A stretch of DNA of 64,000 nucleotides, from assembly GCA_046757025.1 (NCBI GenBank), contig JBHHXN010000001.1, forward strand, positions 59,185 through 123,184. Reading direction: 5' to 3'. Under the pieces are notes generated by a model. The model saw nothing but the letters and a program-made list of their open reading frames with translations, was not told the DNA's origin and did no database searches. Below are positions 18,720-29,437 of the stretch, piece after piece (position 1 is the first letter of the stretch; each line of letters begins with the position of its first letter). The translations under genes were made by a program, and so were the position numbers. The stretch comes from a bacterium (GTDB lineage: Bacteria; Zhuqueibacterota; Zhuqueibacteria; Oceanimicrobiales; Oceanimicrobiaceae).

Positions 18720-20381
18720 TTGGCTGAAAAAGACGACTCAAAAAAACAAGACCTGGCCACTGTTCCGGGCCTATTAATCGTTGGATTTGTTTTCAGGCTG
18801 ATTTTACTCCCGTTCCGATTTTCCGTCGCATTTGATGAGGTTAATTATTTAAAATTGGGTGTGAGCGGCTATTTAAATGGATTGTCCGAGGTGCTGCATC
18901 CTTACTGGTCACCGTTGCTGCCAGGGTTCATTTCCTTCTTTTGTCATTTTTTCAGTAATTTCGAGCTGGCGGGCAGATTGGTTTCTGTTGTGGCCGGGGC
19001 CTTCCTGGTGATTCCCATCTATTTTCTCGGCAAAGAAGTATTCGATAAACGAGTCGGTTTTGTGGCCGCCGGCTTTTTTGCAGTCTTCCCACCGTTAGCA
19101 TTTCAGTCCACTCAGATTTTAACCGAGCCGCTTTATATGCTGTTTGCGATTCTAGCCATTTACACAGGACTGCGCATGTTGAAAGACTATTCCACTGGTA
19201 GGGCTTTGTTGGCGGGTATCTGCAGTGGACTGGCTTATCTTGCCCATCCGCAAGGAGTTGGCTTTTTTTTGCTTTTAGTGCTCTGGATTGTAGCGGGTTC
19301 TTTGTTCAAGCTGTTTTTAATCCGGCCGCTGCGCATCGTCTGGCTGATGGCCGCTCTGCTTGCGGGATTTTTGGTGGTTTCGGCACCGTATTTGTTTTAT
19401 TTAAAAAGGACCACTGGTGCCTGGACCTTTAGTACCAAAGCCGCAGCTAACCTGCAAATGGAAGCACCCGCTGTCAAAGGCGGCGATCCCTTTCGTTCGC
19501 TGGACGCGGAAAATAAATCGGTACCCATCGACCGCATTTTTCACCAGGGTGATTTTCTGAGAGCGACAGACGGCTGGAAAAAACCGGTGCGAGAAGTGAC
19601 CCTTAAGCCGTTTGTGATCAAATACATCAAAAACGTTTCGGATGTGTTTGCCAGTGCCATTCCGCAGTTGTTTACCACGCTGCCGCTCCTGTTGTTTGGT
19701 GTCGGCCTGCTGGGGTCTTCGTGGCAGCCACAGCAGGGAAAAGTGTACTTGTATTTGTTGAGTTTCATCGCTTTTTTCTGGCTGGCTCTCATACCTGCCT
19801 TTCACATCACTTTAAGATATTTCACACCTTTGTGGCCGGTTTGTACATTGTGGATCGGCAAAGGTGTGCTGCATATTCACGACTGGTTATCGACTAATTT
19901 GTCGCTGGTAAAATTTTCAAAACGCAATAAGTTGAACGCCGCGTTATTATCTTCTCTGTTAATTGGGTGTTTGTTTTTAATCGTTTCATTTTTGCCTGAA
20001 ACGGCGCGCGTACTGGCGCGAACATCAGAGACAAAAGACGTCTGGGCTGAACCCATTGAACAAAAAAAGGCCGGCTTGTGGTTAAAAGAACACCGCAGCG
20101 GGCAAAAAATTATCATGAGTCGCAATCACGCAGTGGATTTTTATGCGGGCAATTATAATATCACGCAGTCGGTAACCATCCCGCGGAATGATATTGAACG
20201 TGTGCTGGAATACGCAAAATATCGGCATGTGAATTATATTGTAGTGAATGAACGATACAAAAAATCGTATCCTGAGATCAGCTTTTTACTGGAGACGAGT
20301 GAACCGGTTGCCGGTTTGAAACTCATTTACGAAGCGATCGGACCTGCAAATTTAAAAACACGTATTTTTGAAGTTTTGTGA
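18720..20381 (+). CDS. GT-C fold membrane glycosyltransferase (ArnT/PMT-like), second copy
   Basis: 'LLPFRFSVAFDEVNYLKLG' DE-loop motif and multi-TM topology; TTG start. Confidence 0.6.
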   Translation: MAEKDDSKKQDLATVPGLLIVGFVFRLILLPFRFSVAFDEVNYLKLGVSGYLNGLSEVLHPYWSPLLPGFISFFCHFFSNFELAGRLVSVVAGAFLVIPIYFLGKEVFDKRVGFVAAGFFAVFPPLAFQSTQILTEPLYMLFAILAIYTGLRMLKDYSTGRALLAGICSGLAYLAHPQGVGFFLLLVLWIVAGSLFKLFLIRPLRIVWLMAALLAGFLVVSAPYLFYLKRTTGAWTFSTKAAANLQMEAPAVKGGDPFRSLDAENKSVPIDRIFHQGDFLRATDGWKKPVREVTLKPFVIKYIKNVSDVFASAIPQLFTTLPLLLFGVGLLGSSWQPQQGKVYLYLLSFIAFFWLALIPAFHITLRYFTPLWPVCTLWIGKGVLHIHDWLSTNLSLVKFSKRNKLNAALLSSLLIGCLFLIVSFLPETARVLARTSETKDVWAEPIEQKKAGLWLKEHRSGQKIIMSRNHAVDFYAGNYNITQSVTIPRNDIERVLEYAKYRHVNYIVVNERYKKSYPEISFLLETSEPVAGLKLIYEAIGPANLKTRIFEVL

Positions 20382-20484
20382 GTCTGTTTTAAAAAACTAA
20401 TCAGGATACGCAAAGGATGGGGAATTCAATAAAGATTCAAAATGGTCGATTCATGAAAATAGCAACGGCATCCAATGGTCCCGA

Positions 20485-21825
20485 ATGAAAAAACTAAAGA
20501 AAAGACTCTTTGCGGCATTGATTATCTGTTTGCCGTTTAACCTCGGCACATTTTACACCCACCTCATCGAAGCGGACCTCATTTATGCGTACGATGTATT
20601 ATTAGCGGTTCTGTACATCATCTGGTTTGTGGAAAGCAACGGATTTTCAAGGCGGCGCATATTTTGGGGCAAAATGAGTTTTCCGTTTGTGCTGCTGCTT
20701 CTTTGGACGTTGTTTTCCGCCATCAACGCCATCGCCCTCACCATCACAGGCATTGGAATCTATTTAATTCTCAAAGCCTTTTTGATCTATTTGTATATCA
20801 TCAATCACGTTCGAACTCGAGAAGACCTCAACTGGATGTTTCGCTGGATGTTTGTGGGTGTGGCGTTTCAGGGATTGTTAGGTATCGTGCAATATACTAC
20901 GGGCAGTTCGTTGGGGTTGGAATTTTTGGGCGCGGTTTCCAAGAGAAGAATGGCCGGTGTAACCCGTGTGCGAGGCACCATCGGTTTCCCCAACCAATTC
21001 GGCGCCTGGTTAGCGCTTCAAATTCCCATCGCGTTGAGTCTGTTTATTTTTGAATTAAAAAAGCGTGAGAAATTTTTTTATGGTGCGGCAGCCTTATTTG
21101 GGATCCTGGCGCTTTTGCTGTCCTTTTCCAGGTCTGCGTGGACAGGTTTTATCGTAAGCTCTTTCATTTTTGTTTGTCTTCTGGCGGTAAAAAATCTACT
21201 CAAACCGAAATACGTGCTGACCCTTCTGTTGGCTTTGATTGTGGTCGTGGCGCTGGTCGTTGGATTCTGGGATATGATCTTGCTGCGCTTTGAAACCGGC
21301 GCGACCGGTAAGTACCGCCTCGTCATGATCGAAATTGCACTGGATGTCATCAAAGAGAACTTTATTCTTGGCGTAGGCCTGCATAATTATAAATTTCACC
21401 AAATCGATCATTTTAAATTCTGGCACCCGGTACACAACACCTATTTGAGACTTGCTGCCGAAACCGGTATCCCCGGGTTATTGTTCTTTTTGATGTTGAT
21501 AATAACCAGCATTCGCGAAAGTTATGCCATGTTGCGCCGCAACGACCGATTCGTGTTTGCCGCGGCACTGGGATGCCTTTGCAGTTTGTGGGCATTTCTG
21601 GTGCTGGTGAATTTCGGCCCGGAATATCAGCACTATGAAATCAAGTTTATGTTCTGGATCATCCTGGGTATCATCGTTTCACTGAAAAAAATATATCGGG
21701 ACAATCAAAAATTAACTCACTCGTTAAAGCAAAAACAGTCGGCGCAAATGTTATCCATTGAAAATGTCATACCGAATAAAAAGCAGATTCCATCTACTTC
21801 ACCTAAAAATGGCGCTAAGAAATGA
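20485..21825 (+). CDS. O-antigen ligase/polymerase family membrane protein (Wzy_C domain)
   Basis: 'SRSAW' motif and 'HPVHNTYLRLAAETGIPGL' signature; about 10 TM helices. Confidence 0.7.
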   Translation: MKKLKKRLFAALIICLPFNLGTFYTHLIEADLIYAYDVLLAVLYIIWFVESNGFSRRRIFWGKMSFPFVLLLLWTLFSAINAIALTITGIGIYLILKAFLIYLYIINHVRTREDLNWMFRWMFVGVAFQGLLGIVQYTTGSSLGLEFLGAVSKRRMAGVTRVRGTIGFPNQFGAWLALQIPIALSLFIFELKKREKFFYGAAALFGILALLLSFSRSAWTGFIVSSFIFVCLLAVKNLLKPKYVLTLLLALIVVVALVVGFWDMILLRFETGATGKYRLVMIEIALDVIKENFILGVGLHNYKFHQIDHFKFWHPVHNTYLRLAAETGIPGLLFFLMLIITSIRESYAMLRRNDRFVFAAALGCLCSLWAFLVLVNFGPEYQHYEIKFMFWIILGIIVSLKKIYRDNQKLTHSLKQKQSAQMLSIENVIPNKKQIPSTSPKNGAKK

Positions 21826-23075
21826 AAATATTGATGATCGACAAATATTATTTTATTAAAGGCGGGGCTGAACGCTATTATTTTGAATTGAAGGATGTTT
21901 TAGAGCACAAAGGCCATACAGTGATTCCGTTTTCAATGAAACATCCGGATAATTTTGAGTCTGAATATGAAGAACATTTTGTCGATAACATCGAATACGA
22001 GTTCTCTTCATTTTTTGAAAAAGCCCGGGCATTGCCAAAAATCACCGGCCGCATGCTTTACTCTTTGCATGCTAAAAAACGGCTCGAAAAACTGATTTTA
22101 AAAGAAAAGCCGGCTCTTGCCCATCTGCACATGATCGATCACCAGTTGTCGCCCTCCATTTTGCACGTGCTGAAAAAGCATGAGATTCCAGTGGTGCAAA
22201 CGATTCATCAGTACAAACTCGTTTGTCCCAATTACCGTCTCTACAACATGGGTAAAACTACGATCTGCGAGAAATGTTTGACTGGCAATTTTATCCACCC
22301 TATTTTTGAAAAATGCCACAAAGATTCTCGACTGGCCGGGGCGCTTATAAGTCTCGAGAGCTTTTTACACCGCAGCATGAAAATCTATGAAAACAACATC
22401 GATCTCTTTCACACGCCGAGTCGTTTCATTGGAGAAAAGATGAAACAGGCGGGGGTGGGCAACGGTAAAATTCGGCATTTGTTTTACACCCTGAAATTGG
22501 ACAATTATCCCCCGCATTTTTCTTTTGACAACTACATCGTGTATTTTGGCAGATTGGCTAAAGAAAAAGGCGTGCCGACTTTGCTGAAGGCTATGCAGCA
22601 GGTCAGCCAAACACAGCTTCGGATAATTGGCGATGGCCCGGAGCGTGCGGCGCTGGAAGCTTTCGTGCAAAAATACAATCTCGATCATGTTGTATTCGAT
22701 GGCGTAAAGAGTGGCGGCGAGCTTAAGTCATTGATCCAAAACTGCCAATTTGTAATCGTACCTTCAGAGTGGTACGATAACTCCCCGCTGGTGATTTACG
22801 AATCGTTTGCCCTGGGCAAGCCGGTCATCGGAGCGCGCATGGGAGGCATTCCGGAGTTGATCGATCACGATAAAAACGGCTACCACTTTGAGGCAGGCAA
22901 CGCCGATGAACTGGCCGCTCACATCAATCACCTCATCACTCATCCGCAGCTCGTCAAGGAATTCGGGCATCAGGCCCGCGCCAAAGCCGAAAAGGAGTTC
23001 GAGCCGGAGTTTCACTACCACAAAATGTTTTCGTGGTACGAAGAGTTGATTTCATCCTCGGCAAACGGCGCCTGA
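21822..23075 (+). CDS. GT4 glycosyltransferase
   Basis: GT-B fold with N-terminal 'KILMIDKYYFIKGGAERY' and a C-terminal Glycos_transf_1-like region. Confidence 0.8.
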   Translation: MKILMIDKYYFIKGGAERYYFELKDVLEHKGHTVIPFSMKHPDNFESEYEEHFVDNIEYEFSSFFEKARALPKITGRMLYSLHAKKRLEKLILKEKPALAHLHMIDHQLSPSILHVLKKHEIPVVQTIHQYKLVCPNYRLYNMGKTTICEKCLTGNFIHPIFEKCHKDSRLAGALISLESFLHRSMKIYENNIDLFHTPSRFIGEKMKQAGVGNGKIRHLFYTLKLDNYPPHFSFDNYIVYFGRLAKEKGVPTLLKAMQQVSQTQLRIIGDGPERAALEAFVQKYNLDHVVFDGVKSGGELKSLIQNCQFVIVPSEWYDNSPLVIYESFALGKPVIGARMGGIPELIDHDKNGYHFEAGNADELAAHINHLITHPQLVKEFGHQARAKAEKEFEPEFHYHKMFSWYEELISSSANGA

Positions 23076-23098
23076 CCCGCAACCTGTAAGACTAAATT

Positions 23099-24541
23099 TT
23101 GATGCAAATCAGTCGAGTCACTTCTAATTCCCTGCTCATCTTATTCGCTGAAATTACCGACCGCGCCATGCGGTTCGTGCTGGTAATCTTTGCCGCCCGC
23201 ATCCTGGGCGACGCCGATTTTGGCAAACTTGCTTTCGCCATTGCCTTCGGTTCGCTGTTCCTGATTTTAGCGGATTTTGGATTGCACCAGCTTCTCATTC
23301 GTGAAATTGCCCGCAAACCAGAGGATGCGCAGAAATTATTGGGGAATGGATTGGTTCTAAAATTGCTGCTGGCCGGTTTGACTTTTCTTTGTATCTACTT
23401 CGCGGCGCAATTCACCAACAAACCATCTCAGGTGCTGTTGACGGTTTACATCGTCGGGGGGTCGTTGATCGCCGGCTCGTTCGCGGATTTTTTTTCCACT
23501 GTGTTTCAGGGCTTTCAACGAATGAAATACGAGGCTGCGGGTTCCCTGATTTTGAGCGTTTCAAACACCCTCATCGGTGTCGTGGTGCTTCTGCTTGGCG
23601 GCGGATTTTTACAGCTCGCCTGGGTTTATTTGATCTCTCGTTCTTTGAAAATAATATACAGCGTAGCGATGGTAGCGTTGAGATTTGTGCCAGTCAAAAT
23701 TTCCTTTGAGAAAAAACTGACCAGATATTTGTTAAAGGAAGGCGCCGGTTTCGGTGTGTCGCGATTTTTCTCCATGATTTACACTTACGTGGATAGCACC
23801 ATGCTGTCCCTGATGGTAGGCGACGCCGTGGTGGGCTGGTACAACGTGGCCTATCGGCTGATCTTTGCTATGATGGTTCTGCCCATGGGCATCATGCGCG
23901 CGGTTTATCCCGCCCTGTCTGCCTATCACAAATCCAACAAAGAAGCGTTTGCTTTGCTGTTTCAAAAAACCTTTAAATTCATGTTTGCCGCGGGCACCTC
24001 CATGGCCACGGTTCTGTTTGTGCTTTCCGATAAAATCATTCTTCTGTTGTTTGGAGAAGAATACCACGCTGCAGCGCAGGCGCTCAGGATATTAGTTTGG
24101 TCCACCGCCATCTATGCGGTGGGAACGGTGATGACGCACAGCACGCGTGCGGCCGGCAAACAGGGGTTCACCGCCAAAGTGGTGGCAGGCAGCGCCCTGA
24201 TGAACGTGCTATTGAATTTTGTACTGATTCCAAAGTACAGTTTTGTTGGCGCAGCATTTGCTACACTCATGTCAGAATTTTTGACTTTTACTTTTCATTT
24301 TTGGTACGTCAGCCGATATATGGTTAAACCGCCATTTTTCCGGCTGTGGCCAAAAATTGTGGTAGTCAATGTAGGAACCGCTTGGATTCTATGGTTAATG
24401 ATTGATTTTTCATTATTTATAGTACTGGGAGCTGCCGTGCCTGTCAATTTAGGCCTGATGTTTTTGGTCAGAATTTATTCAAAAGACGAGCTTCTCAGTT
24501 TCTATAATATGTTCAAACCAATTCGTGGCTCAAACAAATAA
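23099..24541 (+). CDS. Polysaccharide flippase (MOP/Wzx-like), second copy
   Basis: 480 aa with about 12 TM helices, polysaccharide-biosynthesis-protein-like. Confidence 0.65.
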   Translation: MMQISRVTSNSLLILFAEITDRAMRFVLVIFAARILGDADFGKLAFAIAFGSLFLILADFGLHQLLIREIARKPEDAQKLLGNGLVLKLLLAGLTFLCIYFAAQFTNKPSQVLLTVYIVGGSLIAGSFADFFSTVFQGFQRMKYEAAGSLILSVSNTLIGVVVLLLGGGFLQLAWVYLISRSLKIIYSVAMVALRFVPVKISFEKKLTRYLLKEGAGFGVSRFFSMIYTYVDSTMLSLMVGDAVVGWYNVAYRLIFAMMVLPMGIMRAVYPALSAYHKSNKEAFALLFQKTFKFMFAAGTSMATVLFVLSDKIILLLFGEEYHAAAQALRILVWSTAIYAVGTVMTHSTRAAGKQGFTAKVVAGSALMNVLLNFVLIPKYSFVGAAFATLMSEFLTFTFHFWYVSRYMVKPPFFRLWPKIVVVNVGTAWILWLMIDFSLFIVLGAAVPVNLGLMFLVRIYSKDELLSFYNMFKPIRGSNK

Positions 24542-24663
24542 ATGACCAACTGGCAACACGTGTACATTTTTGAAACAAGCTTACGGGATTGTAATGAGTC
24601 CGTGCTTAATTATCGGCTGTAATTTTAACTAATTTGTGTCTGAACGAAAACTCGATTATTCAT

Positions 24664-24747
24664 GTCATTGCGAGCGTTTCTCAGCGAAGCAATCTCACTA
24701 TTAGGCACGGCATGAGATTGCTTCGGCCAAAAACGCCTCGCAATGAC
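24664..24747. repeat. Intergenic palindromic repeat element, copy B (GTCATTGCGAG...CTCGCAATGAC); may also act as a terminator for the upstream operon
   Basis: Perfect 11-bp terminal inverted repeats plus an inner stem GCGAAGCAATCTCA / TGAGATTGCTTCGG. Confidence 0.6.
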
Positions 24748-24761
24748 AACTTTATTAATAG

Positions 24762-24780
24762 TTTTCGTTCAATCACTAAT
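24762..24780 (+). promoter_or_regulatory. Conserved box TTTTCGTTCAATCACTAAT (copy 2 of 3)
   Basis: 14 nt downstream of repeat copy B and 45 nt upstream of the ATG at 24825. Confidence 0.5.
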
Positions 24781-24824
24781 TACGACATATTGAATTGATT
24801 TCGACGCGTGGAGTTTTAAGATAA

Positions 24825-26231
24825 ATGGATATCGAGCACGTTCTTCACAACGGCAATTGCCATCAATGCGGAGTCTGTGTCGGCGTTTGTCCGGTGGATG
24901 CCATCACCATTGAACAGCATGCTAAAAAAGGGTTGTTCCCAATTTTCCATCGTTCATTGTGTACCGACTGTGATCTCTGCCACATTGCTTGCCCGGGGGA
25001 AGAATTTGATTGGAATGCTTTACAGCAAGAAACTTTTGGAGAAGTGCCGGCTGATAAAGACTTGGGATATTATCGAGAAATTTTGAGCGGTTACGCCAAC
25101 TGGGAAGATATCCGTCAGTCCGGCGCCTCCGGCGGCATCGTTTCCGCCATCCTGATCGCGCTTTTGGAAAGCGGGGAGATCGACGGCGCCGTGGTCACTA
25201 AAATGCACGAAGAGCGTCCGCTGGAGCCGAAAGTTTACATCGCCCGCACCAGAGAAGAGGTGCTGGCTTCGCAGCAATCGAAATATATTCCTGTGCCAGT
25301 CGGGGTCATTATTCAGGAAATCATGAAACAGGAAGGCCGATTCGCCGTGGTGGCTCTGCCGTGTCACATTCACGGCATTCGACTGGCACAGCAGAAAATG
25401 CCCCGGGTACGGAAACGAATCGTGCTGCAAATCGGCTTGATATGCGGATTCCATCCGTCGTTTACCAACACCACATTTTTAATCAGACGCGCGGGGGTTA
25501 AAAATTTTGATGAAATCAAAGAGATTCGCTATCGCGACGATACCTGGCCCGGCGGCTTCAACGTTATCAAAAAAGATGGTAGTAACAACATGATTCATCC
25601 GGTGCAGGATTTTTTCTGGGCACACGCCCTGTTCGAAAGGGAACGCTGCGCCACCTGTACCGACGCCATGTCCGAATTTGGCGACATCGTGTGCGGAGAC
25701 GAGTGGCGGGATGACGGCCTGGTGCGAGACGATTTTAAGAAGGGTTGGTCGTACATCATCACCCGCACGCAAAAGGGTTCGGACATCATCAAAAAATTAA
25801 CCGACGACGGAATCCTTTATATCGAGCCCACGCATCCCAATGTGGTAAAATCAGGCATGATGCCCACGATTAATCTTAAGAAAAAATTGGCGTTTGCAGC
25901 CATTAAAATTCGTAAGTGGTTGGGTCTGGCGGTGCCGGAATATCACAATCTGGAGCCAGATGGGAAATTGACCTGGAAACACTACCTGGGCGGCGCCATA
26001 ATTTTAGCGGTACCGGCGTTTTTTGAAATCGGTTTGGTGAATCGTCTGGTGGTAAAATTCCCTACCGGGTTGTTTAAAAGATACATGAATTTGCTTTACA
26101 AGTGTCTGGTGGACTGGGAGCGTTGTGAGCACTTGAAAGATGAAGCGAAGAATCAAACCAGCGCAAATTTTGGCGCCATCCGTGATAATCGGAAAATTAT
26201 GACAGAAATGCCGGTGGCGGATTCGCAATAA
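24825..26231 (+). CDS. Fe-S protein: two N-terminal 4Fe-4S ferredoxin motifs fused to a coenzyme F420 hydrogenase/dehydrogenase beta-subunit-like (FrhB/FpoF) domain
   Basis: 'CHQCGVCVGVCP' and 'CTDCDLCHIACP' motifs; FrhB-like core. This family commonly accompanies polysaccharide-modifying (e.g. pyruvyl) transferases. Confidence 0.55.
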   Translation: MDIEHVLHNGNCHQCGVCVGVCPVDAITIEQHAKKGLFPIFHRSLCTDCDLCHIACPGEEFDWNALQQETFGEVPADKDLGYYREILSGYANWEDIRQSGASGGIVSAILIALLESGEIDGAVVTKMHEERPLEPKVYIARTREEVLASQQSKYIPVPVGVIIQEIMKQEGRFAVVALPCHIHGIRLAQQKMPRVRKRIVLQIGLICGFHPSFTNTTFLIRRAGVKNFDEIKEIRYRDDTWPGGFNVIKKDGSNNMIHPVQDFFWAHALFERERCATCTDAMSEFGDIVCGDEWRDDGLVRDDFKKGWSYIITRTQKGSDIIKKLTDDGILYIEPTHPNVVKSGMMPTINLKKKLAFAAIKIRKWLGLAVPEYHNLEPDGKLTWKHYLGGAIILAVPAFFEIGLVNRLVVKFPTGLFKRYMNLLYKCLVDWERCEHLKDEAKNQTSANFGAIRDNRKIMTEMPVADSQ

Positions 26232-26307
26232 ATGACAATGCAGTGTCGAGCTATAATAAGTTCGTTCGAAAATACATGAGGATAAACTCCAAGGATACAT
26301 TCAACAT

Positions 26308-28212
26308 TTGATCATGGTCGATTATTTAAGCGTCGCAAAAAACATCCAGCACTGGCTTGCGGATTTACAAATCTCCCAAAAAGAAATTCAAGCCAAAATT
26401 CAAGATAATCTGCTCACGTTTCCTCTTCAGCATCCTGAAAAGGGTACCATCAAAGTTGTGGAAGAGCTGCCCGGGGACACGATATTTCGCTGCCAGGATG
26501 TGGCGTTTGAGGTGGTGGACAATGAGGGCGATGAGCTGAAATTGCGCGTGTACGATTACGGCGGCATCTGGGACCCGATAGATAAAAGAGTGATGGGTGA
26601 GCACTACAGTACCAGCCATTTTGCGCTGTTGAGCGCGCTGTTGTACGGTCAAACCTTGGAGGAAAAATATCTGCAGCAAGCACTCAGGGCCTTTGAATTC
26701 CACCGTTTTACCTCAGCTCACGAATATGTTTACTCGGAATGGATGTACCACTGGGATTTTCAAAATTATGCGCTCATCGAATGCTTTGATATTCTGAAGG
26801 ATGTTCTGGATGAAGATACCCGCTATGCCTGGGAGCAAACCTTAAAAAAGTGGAAATCGAATTTCAAAAATAAACTGTCCAACTGGGCCGCTATGCGCGC
26901 TCTGGCTTTTTATAAACGGTTTAAACTGTTCAATTCCTGGATCGATTATCTTCTTTTCCAATGGCATTATTCACAATGTTTAAAAGGAGAGCAACCCGAC
27001 GGCTGTTTTGATGATGATAAAAACCTCAGCCGTCCCATACAATACCACATCTACGGTATGGCGCTGCTACACCGTTTATATTTGTTAAATCGTAAAAAAG
27101 TCGTCGGGGATAAATTTCTTAAAGGGATTGAATTTTTTATGCCGTTCATCGATCCCGACGGGGATTTTAATTATTGGGGTCGGGGCCACGGACAAATTTT
27201 CGGGTACGGCGCCGGCATTTACGCATTAACCGCTGCTGCGCTGATGACGGGTGAAAAAAAATACCATACGGCTGCAAAAAAGCTTTTCGATTATTTGCTC
27301 GCCTTTCAGTGCAACGGTCATTTTCCACTGGTCTTAAATATTCGTCCCGACCAGGAACAGTGCGCATGGTACGATTATCATCACACCACGGTTTACAACG
27401 CCTTTTTGGGTGTCTGGCTGGCCTTCGCCCATGAATTGCAGACCGCGCAAAAAAAGACACCCCAGTTAAAAAGTCCTGCTGCGCCAAAAGTTGCAAGCTC
27501 AAACTTTGCTTTTATCTCCAACGATAATTTTTTTGTGGCGGTCGGTAAGGGGCTGCCGCATTATTCATCCGAAGTTGGGTTAAGTCCGTGTCATATCTGG
27601 GTAAAAAATATTGGCTGGCTCTATTCCTGTCCCGGCGGTCCCACACCGGAAACTTTTGGCAAAAAATTTGGCGATGAAAATATTCTGAAAAATTTTATGG
27701 CGCCCATTTTGATTGCCAGGGAAAAGAAAATCTACACGCCGGCCGGCTGCCCCGCGCCGCTTCAGTCCAGCACAGACGATCAAATCCATTGTTTATTGGA
27801 GTACCGGATTGGTACAGTCAAGCGCGTAATTCAGCTTTTAGATGACGAAATTCATATTTTTGATTCACTGCTATTTCTTGCGGACATGCATATCAAAGAG
27901 CTGCGCTTTTTTAATTTTCCTGTGGTTACGGACAAGTTTGAATATAAAATACAGCGGGAGAAACTGATGCTCTCTCATTCCGGGAGCAAAATGACCGTAC
28001 ACTGTGCGGTGCCGGATTTTGAGCTGGTCTGGGAAAATCTGGAAAGCATTCGCACGGTAAAAGGGCTGGCGCGCGTGCTGGCCATGCGCGTCAAAGATAT
28101 CTATGTTCAGAACAAAGATAAATTCGCCATTGAAACTCGGATTGTCCAGCATGGGGTCCGACCCAAATCGCCTGTGCAACCAAAACTCGTTACGGCAGAA
28201 AGCGACCAATGA
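26308..28212 (+). CDS. Hypothetical 634-aa protein, possibly an alpha/alpha-toroid polysaccharide lyase/epimerase-like fold (weak)
   Basis: Long ORF with consistent codon usage and no diagnostic motif identified. Confidence 0.5.
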   Translation: MIMVDYLSVAKNIQHWLADLQISQKEIQAKIQDNLLTFPLQHPEKGTIKVVEELPGDTIFRCQDVAFEVVDNEGDELKLRVYDYGGIWDPIDKRVMGEHYSTSHFALLSALLYGQTLEEKYLQQALRAFEFHRFTSAHEYVYSEWMYHWDFQNYALIECFDILKDVLDEDTRYAWEQTLKKWKSNFKNKLSNWAAMRALAFYKRFKLFNSWIDYLLFQWHYSQCLKGEQPDGCFDDDKNLSRPIQYHIYGMALLHRLYLLNRKKVVGDKFLKGIEFFMPFIDPDGDFNYWGRGHGQIFGYGAGIYALTAAALMTGEKKYHTAAKKLFDYLLAFQCNGHFPLVLNIRPDQEQCAWYDYHHTTVYNAFLGVWLAFAHELQTAQKKTPQLKSPAAPKVASSNFAFISNDNFFVAVGKGLPHYSSEVGLSPCHIWVKNIGWLYSCPGGPTPETFGKKFGDENILKNFMAPILIAREKKIYTPAGCPAPLQSSTDDQIHCLLEYRIGTVKRVIQLLDDEIHIFDSLLFLADMHIKELRFFNFPVVTDKFEYKIQREKLMLSHSGSKMTVHCAVPDFELVWENLESIRTVKGLARVLAMRVKDIYVQNKDKFAIETRIVQHGVRPKSPVQPKLVTAESDQ

Positions 28213-29435
28213 AAATTCTGTATTTTAATTATCTCTACGACAGTCGGCAGGACTCTGTGGGGGCCAATGTGCATGTCAATGAATTTGTAACCGCCATGCG
28301 GGCTTGTGGTTATGAAATTAAATCGGTGAATCTGAATCCGATGCCTGTTTCGACCAACGGAAAAATGCCCATATCCGGACGAATTAGACAGGTGCTCAAG
28401 AAAAGATTGAAACGATATGTTGGACAATTAAATCAGGTTTTGCGAAATATCCCTTTATTCTTTCGAGAGTGGAAGATATTAACCGAGGAAAAGCCGGATG
28501 TTTTACTCATTCGCTATAACATGTTGAATTTTTCCGCGCCGATTGCCGCCAGGTTGAAACATATTCCAGTGGTTTTAGAGGTCAATTCGCCGCATGCTTA
28601 TGAGAGAAAGAATTTAGTCAAGGATGTTTGGCAGGTGCCCTTCATACCGTTTTGGATTGAAAAGCTGAACATGAAATTAGCTGATAAAATTATCACGGTT
28701 TCAGAGCCCCTGAAGCAATATTTTGTGAAATGTCGGATTGCGGAGCAAAAAATCCGCGTCATTCCAAATGGCGTCAACACCGATAGATTCAGTCCGGACA
28801 TTTCAGCGCTTTTTGTAAAACAGAAATACAACCTGGATGGCAAATTGGTTTTAGGGTTTGTGGGCTCATTTCATTACTGGCACGGCATCAAAAATATCTT
28901 AAAATTGATAGAATTTACGTGCGCAAAATTTCAAGAAGTTGTGTACTTATTGGTGGGTGACGGTCCGCTAAGAAAAAAAGCTGAGGAATTCGCAAAAAAA
29001 AATTGTGTAGAGGATAAAGTCATTTTTCCCGGCTATGTTCCTCATGAGGCCGTGCCAACGTACGTCGCGGCCATGGATATCGTGCTGGCGCCATATCCCC
29101 GCATGGACTTTTTTTATTTTTCGCCTTTGAAAATTTTTGAGTACCTGTCTGCGGGCAAAGCCATCGTGGCGAGCAATGTGGGACAAATTTCCACATTGAT
29201 TCGAAATGGTGAGAATGGTCTGCTTTATGAACCAGACGAACTTATGGATTTTTTCGATAAAACCGCCTTGCTGATTCAAAATCCCGCAATTCGAAATCGA
29301 ATCGGTGAAAATGGACGGCAGACAATTTTACAGAAGTACAGTTGGGAGCAAAACGCCCGAAAAGTGATGGATGTAGTAAATGAAGCTATGCACCCAAAAT
29401 ACCAAAATGGGACTCATAAAGTCACAGTCGGATAG
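28209..29435 (+). CDS. GT4 glycosyltransferase
   Basis: GT-B C-terminal domain 'FEYLSAGKAIVASNVG...ENGLLYEP'; ATGA overlap with the upstream gene. Confidence 0.8.
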   Translation: MKILYFNYLYDSRQDSVGANVHVNEFVTAMRACGYEIKSVNLNPMPVSTNGKMPISGRIRQVLKKRLKRYVGQLNQVLRNIPLFFREWKILTEEKPDVLLIRYNMLNFSAPIAARLKHIPVVLEVNSPHAYERKNLVKDVWQVPFIPFWIEKLNMKLADKIITVSEPLKQYFVKCRIAEQKIRVIPNGVNTDRFSPDISALFVKQKYNLDGKLVLGFVGSFHYWHGIKNILKLIEFTCAKFQEVVYLLVGDGPLRKKAEEFAKKNCVEDKVIFPGYVPHEAVPTYVAAMDIVLAPYPRMDFFYFSPLKIFEYLSAGKAIVASNVGQISTLIRNGENGLLYEPDELMDFFDKTALLIQNPAIRNRIGENGRQTILQKYSWEQNARKVMDVVNEAMHPKYQNGTHKVTVG

Positions 29436-29437
29436 TT

